Positions 1 through 9,858 of a stretch of 64,000 nt of DNA are shown one piece after another. The notes below the pieces were generated by a model that saw only the letters and a program-made list of their open reading frames with translations, ran no database searches and was not told the origin of the DNA. This DNA comes from Alphaproteobacteria bacterium (GTDB lineage: Bacteria > Pseudomonadota > Alphaproteobacteria > CAAHEQ01 > UBA3637), in the NCBI GenBank assembly GCA_045613285.1, contig JAZLAQ010000026.1, positions 10,556 through 74,555 of the forward strand, in the 5' to 3' direction. The translations under genes and the position numbers were made by a program. The first letter of the stretch is position 1. Each line of letters begins with the position of its first letter.

Positions 1-3000
1 TTATCAATAACCAGTCTATTAAGGCGGGTGATACTATTGATAACGCAAGTGCGACTGGATTTAAAATGTATCTGAAGTCTAATCCGTATTTTGAAACGGA
101 TTTAGCTTTGTCAGACAGAAACGAAACGCATTTGAAGTATTTTACTAATAAAGAGGACGCAAAAGCGACCAGTAGTATGGATTTACCAACTGTTATAACT
201 GGTGAAATGTCATTAGGTGATAAAGCCTTTTTAAGGGCGGATCAGGGATCGATTATTTCAGCTGATAGTTTGATGGTTGGAGAACAGTCCGAAATTCAAC
301 TGGGGGCTGACTATTATTGGACAAGCGATTTGTATGAATCTGATATAGACGGGACTGGCTATAATTGGGAACGGGAAATAACCGTTGTAAAGGAAATTGG
401 AACGATTGAAGAAAAAGAAGTTGAACAAGAAGAAGGTGAAGGCGAGGAAGGAGGTACAACTCCACCGTCTGAACCTAAAACAGAAAAATATATTGAAATA
501 AAGGAAAAAGAAGAAAAAAGGGTTTTAGAGGTTATTCCCTTGGGGTCTGTAGTCGATGTTGATACCATTCAAACGGGAAAAGATAGTAAGTTGTCAGCTA
601 AATATACAACATTTGGCAGTAAAGATGTAACGTTTGGAGATAATAATACGGTCGTTTTTGAAGGAAGTGATGCCAGCATAGAAAATGTTGTTGCTTTTGG
701 TAAAAACGGAACTTTAAATTTAAATGGTGTTTGGCAAGAAAAAGTTATTTATTCTGATCATAACACTAAAATAGATCAGGAAGAATCTTTAGCACAGGAT
801 GAAATTGTTTATATTGAATCAAAAATGAATGCCCATAAAGAAGAAAACCTATTTGTAGCAGATAATATTTTTATGGGAGAAGGGGCAAAAATTACTTTAA
901 CTGGTATTACTGTCCCGAAAGATCCGGTAAATTCAAAATTGACAGATGATTCGGTTTTGTACGTAGCAAAAGAATTGAATGTGGGTGATAATAGCCAGAT
1001 TGTCTTATCCGGTTCTACATTGAGTGGATACAGTGCTGGAAATCCCGATATAAAATTAGGCGATAATTCATCTATCTTAACGGCAGATCAGACAAGTAAT
1101 ATTTTGAATGTTAAATCGGTTCAATTTGGTGATAAGGGGGCATATATAGGCTCAGCTGATTGGTTCCAAAGTGATGGAGAAGGTGGAGGTGTCTATCGGA
1201 TAGCAATGGAAGCCTATTTGGAAGGAGATATGATATTTGGAAATGACGGTTACTTTAAAAGTCAGTCTTACTTTGCTGCCCAAAAATTAGATATGAATGA
1301 TCGAGCAACCGTTGATATTTTTGGTTCGGAAACAATATCACCTGACGGGGAAAACGTTGTCCGTTTATCAGAAGTTGAAGCTGAAATAAATTTAGGTAGT
1401 AATTCGGTTGTCAATCTGAAAAATGCCGGTATTACAAACGGACTGTTTAAAAAAGAAGGTCGAAAAAACGTTAATGTTTATTCCAACAACAGTGCCTATG
1501 ATCTCGAAGGAAATCTGGTTGGTAATTATTTGTATAATGGTGTAACCGTAGATAATATCTTTATTCAAACCGGTGAATTGGTTATGGGTAAAAAAGACCT
1601 TTCTGCAAAGGGGGATATTTACGGCAAAATTTGGATGGATTCCAATACTGTTTTACATATCTATGGCGATGGTGTCAATGTTTGGGATCCGGTAAAAAGA
1701 AACGGAAATGCCGAAAACACAATGGTGTGGTTTGATTTAGCAGATCAAGGGGTATTTAATACCTTGAATACATTTGATACAGATGTGGCAAAAATCAGTA
1801 GTGGGGTCTTGAATGTTAAACATAAAATAACGGCAAATGATATCTTTTTGGATACGGCCGGTTCTTTGCGGGTGTTTGATACCAGTTTGATACAGGCTAA
1901 TGTGTCTGAATGGAAAACTACATCTGCTAATACGACTTTGTTTATAGCACCGAAAAACGGTGTGATGGATTCGTTTGGAACGGTATCTTTAGATCGATTG
2001 GTAATTGAAAACGGAACATTTAATGCTAATCATACATTATTCTTGCAAAGTGAACACAGCGGTATGCCAGAAGGCATCTGGTTGGATAATAATACAACTT
2101 TGAATATTAATAATGATGTTTTAACCAGTCAGATAGTCCGGCGTAAGGATGCTTCTGTTTTACCAATTGAGGACACAACGGTTGCCTTGAACAGAGGGTC
2201 TTTAACTATTAAACGGGCCGGTGATCTTGATAATTTGATTTTAAATAACGGAACATTTAAGTTCTTAAACGAAGGCTTGGTAACAGAAGATGATGTTGAT
2301 AAGAATCTGTATATTTCAAATGACATAACTGTCGGTAAAAATGTTGATTTTTACAGTTCCGGAAGTAATGATGTCGGTAGTGGTCAATTACATGTCGGTA
2401 GAGGTTTTGGAACATTGTTTGTTGATGGTTTAATTGGTGTTAATTCAGATTCTGTTGACACAACCGGTATTGGTGTTATGAAAATGAATACGAATTTGGT
2501 TATGCGTTCGGATTCAACGATAGATTTGCGAAATAGTGATGCCGGAACAGATACTATCCATGTTTCTGGACAGGCTGTCTTAAATGATGGTATTAATGTT
2601 ATTCTGCGGGGATTGAAAGAAGGAACATCTTATCAGATTTTAACGGCTGATAATGGTTTATCTGTTTCTCCGAATGCGTTAAAAACATCTTTCTTATGGC
2701 ATGATACAGACTTTTCTGTTACTGGTAATTCTTTATATCTAACAGTTGGACATTTGGAAAAATTGCCGAACGAATATAAAAATGCCGGTGTCAGTGGAAA
2801 TGTATTGGCTATGGCAGATGCTTTGGACCAACTGTGGGATGGTAATCGGGGATTGATGGATGCAGTCTTTTATGCTTCAAACGTAGAAGATTCCGTTAAA
2901 GCAACGGCAGAATATATTCCAGATGGGTTTATTAATGCCCCACAATCAGCTTTGCGGACAAGTACGGCCTTCCAAAATATTGCTTTGGGTGTGATAGATG

Positions 3001-3995
3001 ATACACGTCAGTTGTCCAAACAAGTATCAACTAAAAACAGAATTCGTCCGACCCGGCGAAATACCTATTATGGTCGTTCCGGTGGAGACAGAGCCTTGTA
3101 TCAGACATATGTTGGGCAACGTCAGGATAATAGATCGGTTTATATGAATCGTTCTAGAAAATTCTATCGGACGGATAAAGGGGGAATTTGGGCAAAACCG
3201 TTCTATGCCTCGATGACTCAGGATGATGTTGAATATACCAGTGGTTATGATTTTAATTCCTATGGTTTGGCTGTTGGGTTGGATAAAACGTTCGGTCGTT
3301 GGGCTTGGGGCTTATCCGGTTTATATGCAACCGGTGATTTTGAAACAACAAACGGTAGTATAAAAGCCGATACGGATACTTATGGTGTTGGTTTATATGG
3401 TAGTTATAGATCCGGAAGAACACCGTTCTTTATGGATTTATTTGCTTCCTATGTCGTAACGGGCAACGATTCAAAACATGCTATTCAGTCCTCGATATTA
3501 AAGGCTGATTATGATATTAAATCAATCGGAGCCGGTTTGTCTATGGGATATGATATTTCTTTGGGGGGAAAAGCTTTCCTAACACCGAAAGTCGGATTTA
3601 ACTGGACACGAATTTCTTCGGATAAGATAGAAGAAGAAGGAACCGCTCCGATTGTTATGGATATTGAAAATCCGGATATTGATTCTATGCAGATTCCAGT
3701 TGAAGTTCGTTTGGCTTTCCCTGTTCAAACAGCAACTTTTGAATTGATGCCGGAAATGCATTTCCGTTATACACATGATTTTGGTGATACGGATTATCGG
3801 ACAGAAGCAAAAATCAGAAATACCGATTTAACTGTTAAATTTGATAATATCGGTATGCCGGAAAATTTGTTCACTTTAGGGGGGTCTTTAGGCTTTACCA
3901 GTGGTGCACATGAATTTTCTGGCAGATATGATTACGAATTTGGGGATGACTTTGTCAGCCACTTATTCAATGTTGGATATAAATATCTGTTCTAG
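1..3995 (+). CDS. Autotransporter outer membrane protein (passenger + C-terminal beta-barrel); 5' end lies upstream of the window
   Basis: 1309-aa ORF from 66. The frame stays open back to nt 3 with no stop, and the M66 form has no signal peptide. The passenger is long, repetitive and Gly/Asn/Thr-rich. The C-terminal ~280 aa have alternating amphipathic beta-strand character and end in ...GYKYLF, the aromatic terminal residue typical of autotransporter beta-barrels. Confidence 0.7.
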   Translation, partial: INNQSIKAGDTIDNASATGFKMYLKSNPYFETDLALSDRNETHLKYFTNKEDAKATSSMDLPTVITGEMSLGDKAFLRADQGSIISADSLMVGEQSEIQLGADYYWTSDLYESDIDGTGYNWEREITVVKEIGTIEEKEVEQEEGEGEEGGTTPPSEPKTEKYIEIKEKEEKRVLEVIPLGSVVDVDTIQTGKDSKLSAKYTTFGSKDVTFGDNNTVVFEGSDASIENVVAFGKNGTLNLNGVWQEKVIYSDHNTKIDQEESLAQDEIVYIESKMNAHKEENLFVADNIFMGEGAKITLTGITVPKDPVNSKLTDDSVLYVAKELNVGDNSQIVLSGSTLSGYSAGNPDIKLGDNSSILTADQTSNILNVKSVQFGDKGAYIGSADWFQSDGEGGGVYRIAMEAYLEGDMIFGNDGYFKSQSYFAAQKLDMNDRATVDIFGSETISPDGENVVRLSEVEAEINLGSNSVVNLKNAGITNGLFKKEGRKNVNVYSNNSAYDLEGNLVGNYLYNGVTVDNIFIQTGELVMGKKDLSAKGDIYGKIWMDSNTVLHIYGDGVNVWDPVKRNGNAENTMVWFDLADQGVFNTLNTFDTDVAKISSGVLNVKHKITANDIFLDTAGSLRVFDTSLIQANVSEWKTTSANTTLFIAPKNGVMDSFGTVSLDRLVIENGTFNANHTLFLQSEHSGMPEGIWLDNNTTLNINNDVLTSQIVRRKDASVLPIEDTTVALNRGSLTIKRAGDLDNLILNNGTFKFLNEGLVTEDDVDKNLYISNDITVGKNVDFYSSGSNDVGSGQLHVGRGFGTLFVDGLIGVNSDSVDTTGIGVMKMNTNLVMRSDSTIDLRNSDAGTDTIHVSGQAVLNDGINVILRGLKEGTSYQILTADNGLSVSPNALKTSFLWHDTDFSVTGNSLYLTVGHLEKLPNEYKNAGVSGNVLAMADALDQLWDGNRGLMDAVFYASNVEDSVKATAEYIPDGFINAPQSALRTSTAFQNIALGVIDDTRQLSKQVSTKNRIRPTRRNTYYGRSGGDRALYQTYVGQRQDNRSVYMNRSRKFYRTDKGGIWAKPFYASMTQDDVEYTSGYDFNSYGLAVGLDKTFGRWAWGLSGLYATGDFETTNGSIKADTDTYGVGLYGSYRSGRTPFFMDLFASYVVTGNDSKHAIQSSILKADYDIKSIGAGLSMGYDISLGGKAFLTPKVGFNWTRISSDKIEEEGTAPIVMDIENPDIDSMQIPVEVRLAFPVQTATFELMPEMHFRYTHDFGDTDYRTEAKIRNTDLTVKFDNIGMPENLFTLGGSLGFTSGAHEFSGRYDYEFGDDFVSHLFNVGYKYLF

Positions 3996-4912
3996 ATATC
4001 TGTATCGTTGAAAATCCGATAGGGTTGGATAATGTTGTTAAGGCATTTACCCAACCCTATTATTTTATCTTGATATTTAAGGCAAAAAACGTTCTGTAAA
4101 TCGCTTGTTGCGGGTTGGATGGATAATTGCCTTACTGGAATTCGTTGTCCCTGTCTGAGGCGTTTTTCTTCTGTTTCAGATAACGTCAGTGTCGGAAAAT
4201 TATTTAAAGCTGTATTCATTGGTAGTAGTTTAATTGTGTCCAGCTTTGTTTCAAATATAGATAAGGGTGTAGTATCGCCGATTTGAAAAGGACCGCATTT
4301 AATTCGCCGTAAAACTGTAATATAGCCGAAGCAACCTAGCATACGCCCTATATCTCGACCTAGTGAACGGACATAAGTTCCTTTGCCGCAGGAAACTCGA
4401 AAATCAGCGGTATCTCCGGTAAAATTTAATAATTCCAGTGAATCAATTTGAATCGGACGGGGGGACAATTCCAAATGCTGACCACTTCTTGCTAAATCAT
4501 AGGCACGTTCTCCGTTGATTTTAAGGGCAGAATATATTGGTGGAACTTGAAGTATTGTACCAATAAAATGAGGAAGGATATTTTTAATTTCTTCTTCTGT
4601 TGGCCGATTGGAAGTTTGATTGATTATTTCACCGGCTGAGTCATCTGTTGATGTTTCATAACCAAAAGTAATCTGAAATTCATATGTTTTTTTACCGTCC
4701 ATAACAAATGGAATTAGCTTTGTTGCCTGTCCAAATGCGATAGGCAAAACACCGGTTGCCAAGGGATCTAGTGTCCCCGCATGTCCGATTTTGTTTGGGG
4801 ATAAAGACCATTTTAATTTAGATACAACCGGTGTTGAACCGATGTTTAATGGTTTATCTATGATCAACCACCCATTTAAATTTTTTTTAATCTTGAGCGT
4901 ATTTCTTGACAT
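3992..4912 (-). CDS. truB: tRNA pseudouridine(55) synthase TruB
   Basis: Motifs GWLIIDKP..GSTP and HAGTLDPLATGVLPIAFGQATK match the TruB catalytic-Asp region. The start was chosen at internal M (MSRNTLK); the ORF extends to 5002. It overlaps rbfA by a few bp, which is common. Confidence 0.85.
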   Translation of the reverse strand: MSRNTLKIKKNLNGWLIIDKPLNIGSTPVVSKLKWSLSPNKIGHAGTLDPLATGVLPIAFGQATKLIPFVMDGKKTYEFQITFGYETSTDDSAGEIINQTSNRPTEEEIKNILPHFIGTILQVPPIYSALKINGERAYDLARSGQHLELSPRPIQIDSLELLNFTGDTADFRVSCGKGTYVRSLGRDIGRMLGCFGYITVLRRIKCGPFQIGDTTPLSIFETKLDTIKLLPMNTALNNFPTLTLSETEEKRLRQGQRIPVRQLSIQPATSDLQNVFCLKYQDKIIGLGKCLNNIIQPYRIFNDTDI

Positions 4913-5279
4913 CGGCTTGAACCTTGGGATTATTGAGTAAATCATCCATGGCTTTGCTTTCTTCAAACTGGATGTCAGATTTGAAAATGATATCCGGTAC
5001 AATTCTTAATCGGATGGATTTGCCGATTCTGTATCTGAATTTTCCTTTGTTTTGATTTAATAATTCAACTTGTTCATCTGTATTAACAGGTGCAATGGAA
5101 CGAATAAATACGCTTGCATAAGATAAATCCGGAGAAATAGTAACATCTGTTATCATCGTATAAGCCGGTTTCAAACCGTTAATAAACAGGTTGTCTTCCA
5201 CAAACATCTGTCCCAATACATGACGGATTTCTTCTGCCACACGTAATTGTCTTTGTGAAGGTGCTTTACTTTGAACCAT
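4887..5279 (-). CDS. rbfA: Ribosome-binding factor A
   Basis: 130-aa protein with the RbfA pattern (QRQLRVAEEIRHVLGQ...). It lies in the conserved rbfA-truB order. Confidence 0.85.
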   Translation of the reverse strand: MVQSKAPSQRQLRVAEEIRHVLGQMFVEDNLFINGLKPAYTMITDVTISPDLSYASVFIRSIAPVNTDEQVELLNQNKGKFRYRIGKSIRLRIVPDIIFKSDIQFEESKAMDDLLNNPKVQADVKKYAQD

Positions 5280-5511
5280 ACCATATCCTCCTTTTGAATT
5301 TTGATGGGCATTATAACATATTTATTCGAAAAAGTCCAGTCCTTCTTTTTCGGTATAGGTATTTGTATGTTTATGAGTCTAGAATAAGTATTTTTTTTAA
5401 AAAAAGAGAAAAAAATCATTTTTTTTATTCTTTATGTTATTTTTTTGTTGACTTTATTCTCAGAATGTGTAAAACGCTTCAATAAGAAATATTTTTAAAA
5501 GGAGAATAAAA

Positions 5512-5871
5512 ATGACAAAACCAGAATGGGGATTAAAACGTAAATGCTTGAAGTGTGGTTCTTTTTTCTATGATATGAGAAAGAATTCATTTTCTTGTCC
5601 GAAATGTGGAAAAAAGTATTCTTTAGATTCTTATGAAGAAGATAAAATGAAGCAACTGCAAAAATTGGCACGAAAGGCAGCACCGAAAATCGATGATGAA
5701 AACTTGGATGAAGAAGCCTTATTACAAATGACGGAAGATGTTCCGTTCAGCGAAGAAGAAATCAGTTCGGATGATATTGATTTGTTGGAAGACGGTGATG
5801 AAATGGAAAATTCATCAACTGATTTAGGCGGTATTGTAGACGATTATAACGACGATAAAAATGAACAATAA
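5512..5871 (+). CDS. FYDLN_acid (TIGR02300) zinc-ribbon protein with acidic C-terminus
   Basis: N-terminus WGLKRKCLKCGSFFYDMRKNSFSCPKCGKKY carries CxxC...CxxC, followed by a long Asp/Glu-rich tail. This family is typical of alphaproteobacteria. Confidence 0.75.
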   Translation: MTKPEWGLKRKCLKCGSFFYDMRKNSFSCPKCGKKYSLDSYEEDKMKQLQKLARKAAPKIDDENLDEEALLQMTEDVPFSEEEISSDDIDLLEDGDEMENSSTDLGGIVDDYNDDKNEQ

Positions 5872-6436
5872 AGTCGTTAACTTTTATCCGTTAGTCGGAA
5901 AGTTATTGATTGCTAATCCCAATATTGATGATGTTCGATTTCATCGGTCTGTTATTTATATTTATGAGCATTCGGAAGAAAGAGGGGCTTTGGGGTTGGT
6001 TATCAATAAGCCTTCTGAAAAAATAAAATGTCAGGATATTTTCCAACAATTAGGATATCCTTTATCAGACAAAAAATTTCCGCCAATTTTGTTGGGTGGA
6101 CCGGAGCATATTAATAATGGTTTTATTTTACACACGGATGAGTATAAAAGAAATACAACGTTGTCAATAGATAATGGGGTCTGTTTAACGGAAACACAGG
6201 ATATTCTGTATGATATTGCAATAAACAGTGGGCCAGAAATGTTTCTATTGGCTTTGGGACGTGCTTCTTGGCGGGCCGGACAATTGGAAGATGAATTGAT
6301 GAGTAATGTTTGGATATCGGTGATACCTGATAGGGATGTTTTATTCCAAACACCTTATTCTCAAAGATGGGAATACGGCTTGTCCTTGTTGGGAATAAAG
6401 GCTCATCAATTATTTTCCGGCTTTGGAAAATCTTAA
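5861..6436 (+). CDS. YqgE/AlgH family protein (UPF0301)
   Basis: GKLLIANPNIDDVRFHRSVIYIYEHSEERGALGLVINKP matches the YqgE/AlgH N-terminus. It overlaps the previous gene by 11 bp. Confidence 0.8.
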   Translation: MNNKVVNFYPLVGKLLIANPNIDDVRFHRSVIYIYEHSEERGALGLVINKPSEKIKCQDIFQQLGYPLSDKKFPPILLGGPEHINNGFILHTDEYKRNTTLSIDNGVCLTETQDILYDIAINSGPEMFLLALGRASWRAGQLEDELMSNVWISVIPDRDVLFQTPYSQRWEYGLSLLGIKAHQLFSGFGKS

Positions 6437-6438
6437 TC

Positions 6439-7569
6439 TTAACCACCGATACCCATGCCAGATACCATTTGATCCTGCATCTCAAATGTTCCCATAACAG
6501 CCCAAGCTACTGTTGCAGCAATAGCTAGAATAGCAAAGTTGTTCAGCCACGCAGCCTTTTGTTCAATAACACGTACAGCATTTTCCATCCAGTCATCTGC
6601 CAAGTGAGACAAAGCTTCGGGAAAGTTATTTAGTTCAGCATAAATACGTAAATCACCGACAACTTCTTCATCAGGGAAACCTAATCGGGAACGATTAAGT
6701 GCATCCCCTAAGTTATCACCGTTATTGACAAAAACAAGAGTCCGATCAATGCGGTATAACAAATAAGGTGTGGCATCTGCCCGTAACAAACGTAATGCCC
6801 GAGAAACCGGGGTACCGGCTTTAATTAAAGCAGATAATGATAATAACCAGCCAACACCGACAAAAATACGATAAATTGACCAAGGCGGTATCTTGTCAAA
6901 CAAAGCACGCCAGCCACCTTTCCAACGGGGAAAAGTTAATGATATGAGCACAATGGCTATTGGAAGAGGTAAAAACAACCAATAGGGATGTTCTGCGACA
7001 AAATTAGATAAATTGACCAAGCTGGCAGCAAGGCCTTCCCACTGTAATCCGGGAACGGCATTAACCATAGGGGGAACCAAGAATTTACCAACACCCCATA
7101 TCAATAAAACAGTTAAAAACATCAAAAACATCGGATAAGAAACAGCTTCAATAACCGGTGCTTTCATCCGTCTCATACCTTCTACGACTTTAATTGTGTT
7201 TTCTAAAGCTAGTTCCAAGTTGGTAATATCACCGACAGATAACATTAAAAGTTCCGTAGAAGGTGCCCATCCCCGCAAAGCAACGGATAAGGAATCACCG
7301 CTTCGGATAGAAGCCATCCAGTGTGTAATGGCAATAGCCATTGTGTCATCCGGTTTTTTTCCATCCTTGGAAGCAATTTGGTACAAACGTTCCATAGCAT
7401 CCATTAAAGAAAATCGGTTGCGAACCAGTGCCATCAATTTTCGATAAACAGCCAATCGATCAGAAGTAAATAAACGAACGCACAGCTTGGCATAAGCCAG
7501 ATTGAGTGAATCCGCAGCTGATTTACCTTTATTTTTTTGTTTTTTTTCAACGCCTGCCGCTTCTGCCAT
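6439..7569 (-). CDS. Type II secretion system F family inner-membrane platform protein (PilC/GspF/PilR-like)
   Basis: 376 aa. It has cytoplasmic domains alternating with three hydrophobic segments, a GspF-like layout. It is the last gene of a seven-gene minus-strand operon and sits directly downstream of the ATPase, as in pilQ-pilR or gspE-gspF. Confidence 0.65.
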   Translation of the reverse strand: MAEAAGVEKKQKNKGKSAADSLNLAYAKLCVRLFTSDRLAVYRKLMALVRNRFSLMDAMERLYQIASKDGKKPDDTMAIAITHWMASIRSGDSLSVALRGWAPSTELLMLSVGDITNLELALENTIKVVEGMRRMKAPVIEAVSYPMFLMFLTVLLIWGVGKFLVPPMVNAVPGLQWEGLAASLVNLSNFVAEHPYWLFLPLPIAIVLISLTFPRWKGGWRALFDKIPPWSIYRIFVGVGWLLSLSALIKAGTPVSRALRLLRADATPYLLYRIDRTLVFVNNGDNLGDALNRSRLGFPDEEVVGDLRIYAELNNFPEALSHLADDWMENAVRVIEQKAAWLNNFAILAIAATVAWAVMGTFEMQDQMVSGMGIGG

Positions 7570-7581
7570 TTTTTTATTCCC

Positions 7582-9849
7582 TTACGCTAAAACCGGTTGA
7601 TCTAGTAATCCTGTCCATTTTTCAACCTCTTCAATATCTATGACACCGTCTAACATTCGGGTTATTGCATTTTCCCGAAGTGTGACTCCTTCCAAATCAT
7701 TTATCCAGTAATTCATAGCCTTTTGAGCTTCCCCGCGGACAGATAAATCCAATAAAGTGGCATCCGGTAAAATAAATTCACCGATAACAGTTCGTCCGCT
7801 AACTCCGCGGAAATCACAAAACTCACATCCCGGGCCACGTAAAAAAGAGCGTTCTAAAGCGATATCTCCAAAGGCTTGACGTAATCTCTGAACAGCCGGA
7901 TGGTTGAGTTGGTCCGCCGCTTTTATTCGACAATAAGGGCAAGCTTTTCGAAATAATCGTTGAGCCATCATCCCTTTTACAATACTGGGATCTCGTAGTT
8001 TAAAATCTTCTACCCCGATATCTTTTAAACGCATTAAAATTGAGGCCGCATCGTTTGCGTGAAGTGTTGTCCAAACGTTGTGGCCAGATAAAGCACCACG
8101 GAATGCTAAGTCGGCAGCTGATAAAGTACGGATTTCCCCGATCATCAAAGCATCTGGGTCAGAACGTAATGCAGCAGATAAAGCCTTTGTAAATTCACGT
8201 TCTTTTGCTTCTTCAATCATGGCATTTGTAACCGGCATCTGACGTGCCCCGGGAATAGGATATTCCGGTGGATCTTCTACTGTAATTAGGTTAATTTCAT
8301 AATTCCTTTCCCGTAACATGGAAATCATATTTCGTTGCAATGTGGTGGATTTACCGGAACCGGTCGGACCGGAAATCACAATAATCCCCGTTGGAAAAGA
8401 ACGCATTCGGTAGAATAAATCACATTCTTTTGGTGAAAACCCGAGAGTTCCCAGATTAGATGCTTCTACAATATCATCCTCGGCATACAGCAATCGCATA
8501 ATAACGTATCGGCTACCGAAAGCTATTGGGTTAAATTGTAAACGGATACCCAATACATTCCGAGGTAAAACCAAACGTCCACCGGATCCCCGCAATGGTG
8601 TTCGTCCTAGTTTTTGAGCTGCTTGATATTCATTTTGGGCATAGTTGGCATCTGAAATATCAGAGGAAGCAAAAGCGGCACGGACAAAACTTTCGCCCCA
8701 TTCTTTATTGTATTCCATTTCTGTTTGCATTAAACCGTTGTAACGGAACATAACTGTTGTATGATCTGCAACCACAATATGAATGTCAGAAACTTTCTTT
8801 AAAGCTGCTTGAGATACGATAGTAACAAAGTCACGCTGCATACGCACTTGTTCCTGAGTATCGCTTTCTGCTGTTGGAGGAATGAATTTTGACGATGTGT
8901 TTCTGGCAGCGTATTCATAAATGTCGTTAATAACAATGCTGGGAACATATTCCGGTTTTCCGATTTGCAAACGACGACGACGGGCAAGGTATTCAAAGCC
9001 TAAAACTTTTCCGTCAAATTTTGCAGATTCACTGACGAAAAAACGACCGTTCGTAAATAAAGCCAATAAAGTTCGAGTATCATCTTTGATCGGAAAACTG
9101 CCACTGGCGGTTGTTACGCATTCATTGCCTTTAGAAAATAAATCAGCTAAGAATTTTTCAGAACGGTAATCTAAAACGACTTCTTCTTCCTTGGGTAACT
9201 CGCTGTTTTCAACTGTTGTTTCAAGTGTTTCTGTCTGTGCTTGAGTATCATTAGATGTGTTATTTTCAGAAGATTGTTCTGATACGGTTTGTTCCACATT
9301 TGTGTCTTGTTTGGGTATCAACGTTGAAAATTCATCCGTCTTTATTTCCGGATTAGATATATCTTTTTCAGGAGAAGTAAACGTCAAAGAATTTGTTGGG
9401 ATTTCAGGAATACTAACAACCTCTGATTCTGGTAAAGCAGTTTTCTCTGTTGGTTGTATTTGTTCGTTTGGTTGAGGGATTTCCAAAGAAACCGGTTCTG
9501 TCCTTTCTTCTGAAATAACCGTTTCTGGTGGAATGACAGAAACTACAGGTCTTGTAGGTGGTTGAGGCATAAATCTTTCTTCAGATTCTTTATCTTCCAC
9601 AGTATTTTCCGGTTCTTTATTAGTAGGAAGTTCATCCTCCTCAGAAAAAGGAGTCGTGTAGGGATGTGCTTCGCTTAAAAATGACGGATAGGATTGGGGC
9701 TCATCATCTTTCTGAATGGATTCTTCCACTGGAATATTAGGTATAACGGGTGGCAGAATCGGTGACATTGCCACAGTATCAGATACTGTTTCTTCCTTTG
9801 TCAATATATCGTGTTCGTTTTGCGCATCCTGAAACATTAGAAAACCCAT
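7582..9849 (-). CDS. GspE/PilB-family secretion or type IV pilus assembly ATPase with long disordered N-terminal extension
   Basis: Walker A GPTGSGKST, Asp box TVEDPPEYP, His box TTLHAND, and the SDIHI motif of the N2 domain. The C-terminal tetracysteine CPYC...CEFC is a GspE/PilB hallmark and is absent from Tad TadA/CpaF. The first ~230 aa are Pro/Glu/Thr-rich low complexity. Confidence 0.85.
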   Translation of the reverse strand: MGFLMFQDAQNEHDILTKEETVSDTVAMSPILPPVIPNIPVEESIQKDDEPQSYPSFLSEAHPYTTPFSEEDELPTNKEPENTVEDKESEERFMPQPPTRPVVSVIPPETVISEERTEPVSLEIPQPNEQIQPTEKTALPESEVVSIPEIPTNSLTFTSPEKDISNPEIKTDEFSTLIPKQDTNVEQTVSEQSSENNTSNDTQAQTETLETTVENSELPKEEEVVLDYRSEKFLADLFSKGNECVTTASGSFPIKDDTRTLLALFTNGRFFVSESAKFDGKVLGFEYLARRRRLQIGKPEYVPSIVINDIYEYAARNTSSKFIPPTAESDTQEQVRMQRDFVTIVSQAALKKVSDIHIVVADHTTVMFRYNGLMQTEMEYNKEWGESFVRAAFASSDISDANYAQNEYQAAQKLGRTPLRGSGGRLVLPRNVLGIRLQFNPIAFGSRYVIMRLLYAEDDIVEASNLGTLGFSPKECDLFYRMRSFPTGIIVISGPTGSGKSTTLQRNMISMLRERNYEINLITVEDPPEYPIPGARQMPVTNAMIEEAKEREFTKALSAALRSDPDALMIGEIRTLSAADLAFRGALSGHNVWTTLHANDAASILMRLKDIGVEDFKLRDPSIVKGMMAQRLFRKACPYCRIKAADQLNHPAVQRLRQAFGDIALERSFLRGPGCEFCDFRGVSGRTVIGEFILPDATLLDLSVRGEAQKAMNYWINDLEGVTLRENAITRMLDGVIDIEEVEKWTGLLDQPVLA

Positions 9850-9858
9850 AACGTGTGA

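Noticed and set aside
253-568. Short antisense ORFs inside long genes (e.g. 253..465, 359..568, 8799..8996, 19436..19971, 39612..40282, 55742..56143)
   Set aside because: They are embedded in and antisense to well-supported long CDSs. They have no RBS and show low-complexity translations of the sense gene's repeats, so they are considered spurious.
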